Part shown: positions 58,052 to 58,084 of the stretch, piece after piece | Layout: each line of letters begins with the position of its first letter | How positions within the stretch are numbered: position 1 is the first letter of the stretch | The notes under the pieces: model-generated | Database searches by the model: none | The model's input: only the letters and a program-made list of their open reading frames with translations | Told to the model about the DNA's origin: nothing | Sequence record: SRR20825006_1106 | Length of the DNA: 58,084 bases | Reading direction: 5' to 3' (one strand) | Translations under genes and position numbers: made by a program

Positions 58052-58084
58052 AAAAAAACTCAGCTTTCTATCGATAGAAAGCTG
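58052..58084. terminator. Probable (bidirectional) terminator after thrC, cut by the window edge
   Basis: Perfect 24-bp palindrome CAGCTTTCTATC/GATAGAAAGCTG at 58061-58084, preceded by an A run. Confidence 0.65.

Noticed and set aside
58061-58084. 24-bp perfect palindrome as a REP element or mobile-element end
   Set aside because: Single occurrence directly after a stop codon with a flanking A run; a terminator is the simpler explanation.
1-58084. CRISPR arrays, tRNA/rRNA genes, integrases, transposases, defence systems
   Set aside because: No regularly spaced repeats, cloverleaf or rRNA-like segments, or matching proteins were seen; intergenic gaps are short and accounted for.

Overview
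AT-rich bacterial chromosomal window from the FCB group. The NYPNPFNP...MTLIK T9SS tails, a PorV-like barrel, TAnnTTTG-type promoter elements and the gene order suggest Balneolota/Rhodothermota (inference). 1-11.4 kb (minus strand) is an accessory, SusD-less uptake/degradation locus: TonB-dependent receptor, a 'VVPNPY'-tailed secreted protein, a PorV-like barrel, an IPT/beta-propeller lipoprotein, a T9SS beta-propeller protein and two tandem GHL10 (YddW/DigH-like) hydrolases, the second running off the left edge. The middle is mostly housekeeping: kynA-kynU, recA-recX, purN-purH, mreBCD-mrdA-rodA, rnhB, a vWA protein, nadE-mltD-ctpA-PHP-ribH-uppS-bamA-3x skp, a propeller sensor kinase with a stand-alone receiver, and an aminotransferase/aldehyde dehydrogenase pair. 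45.8-52.2 kb is a tandem duplication of a [lipoprotein + BNR-repeat T9SS protein] unit whose second lipoprotein copy has decayed. The right end holds anmK, a very acidic small protein and a threonine-synthase-like enzyme fused to what looks like a LeuA/CimA allosteric domain. The best candidates for an undescribed system are the TBDR-PorV-T9SS locus and the ThrC-LeuA-regulatory-domain fusion. No CRISPR array, tRNA/rRNA or transposase was seen. All calls come from reading motifs by eye; no database search was run.
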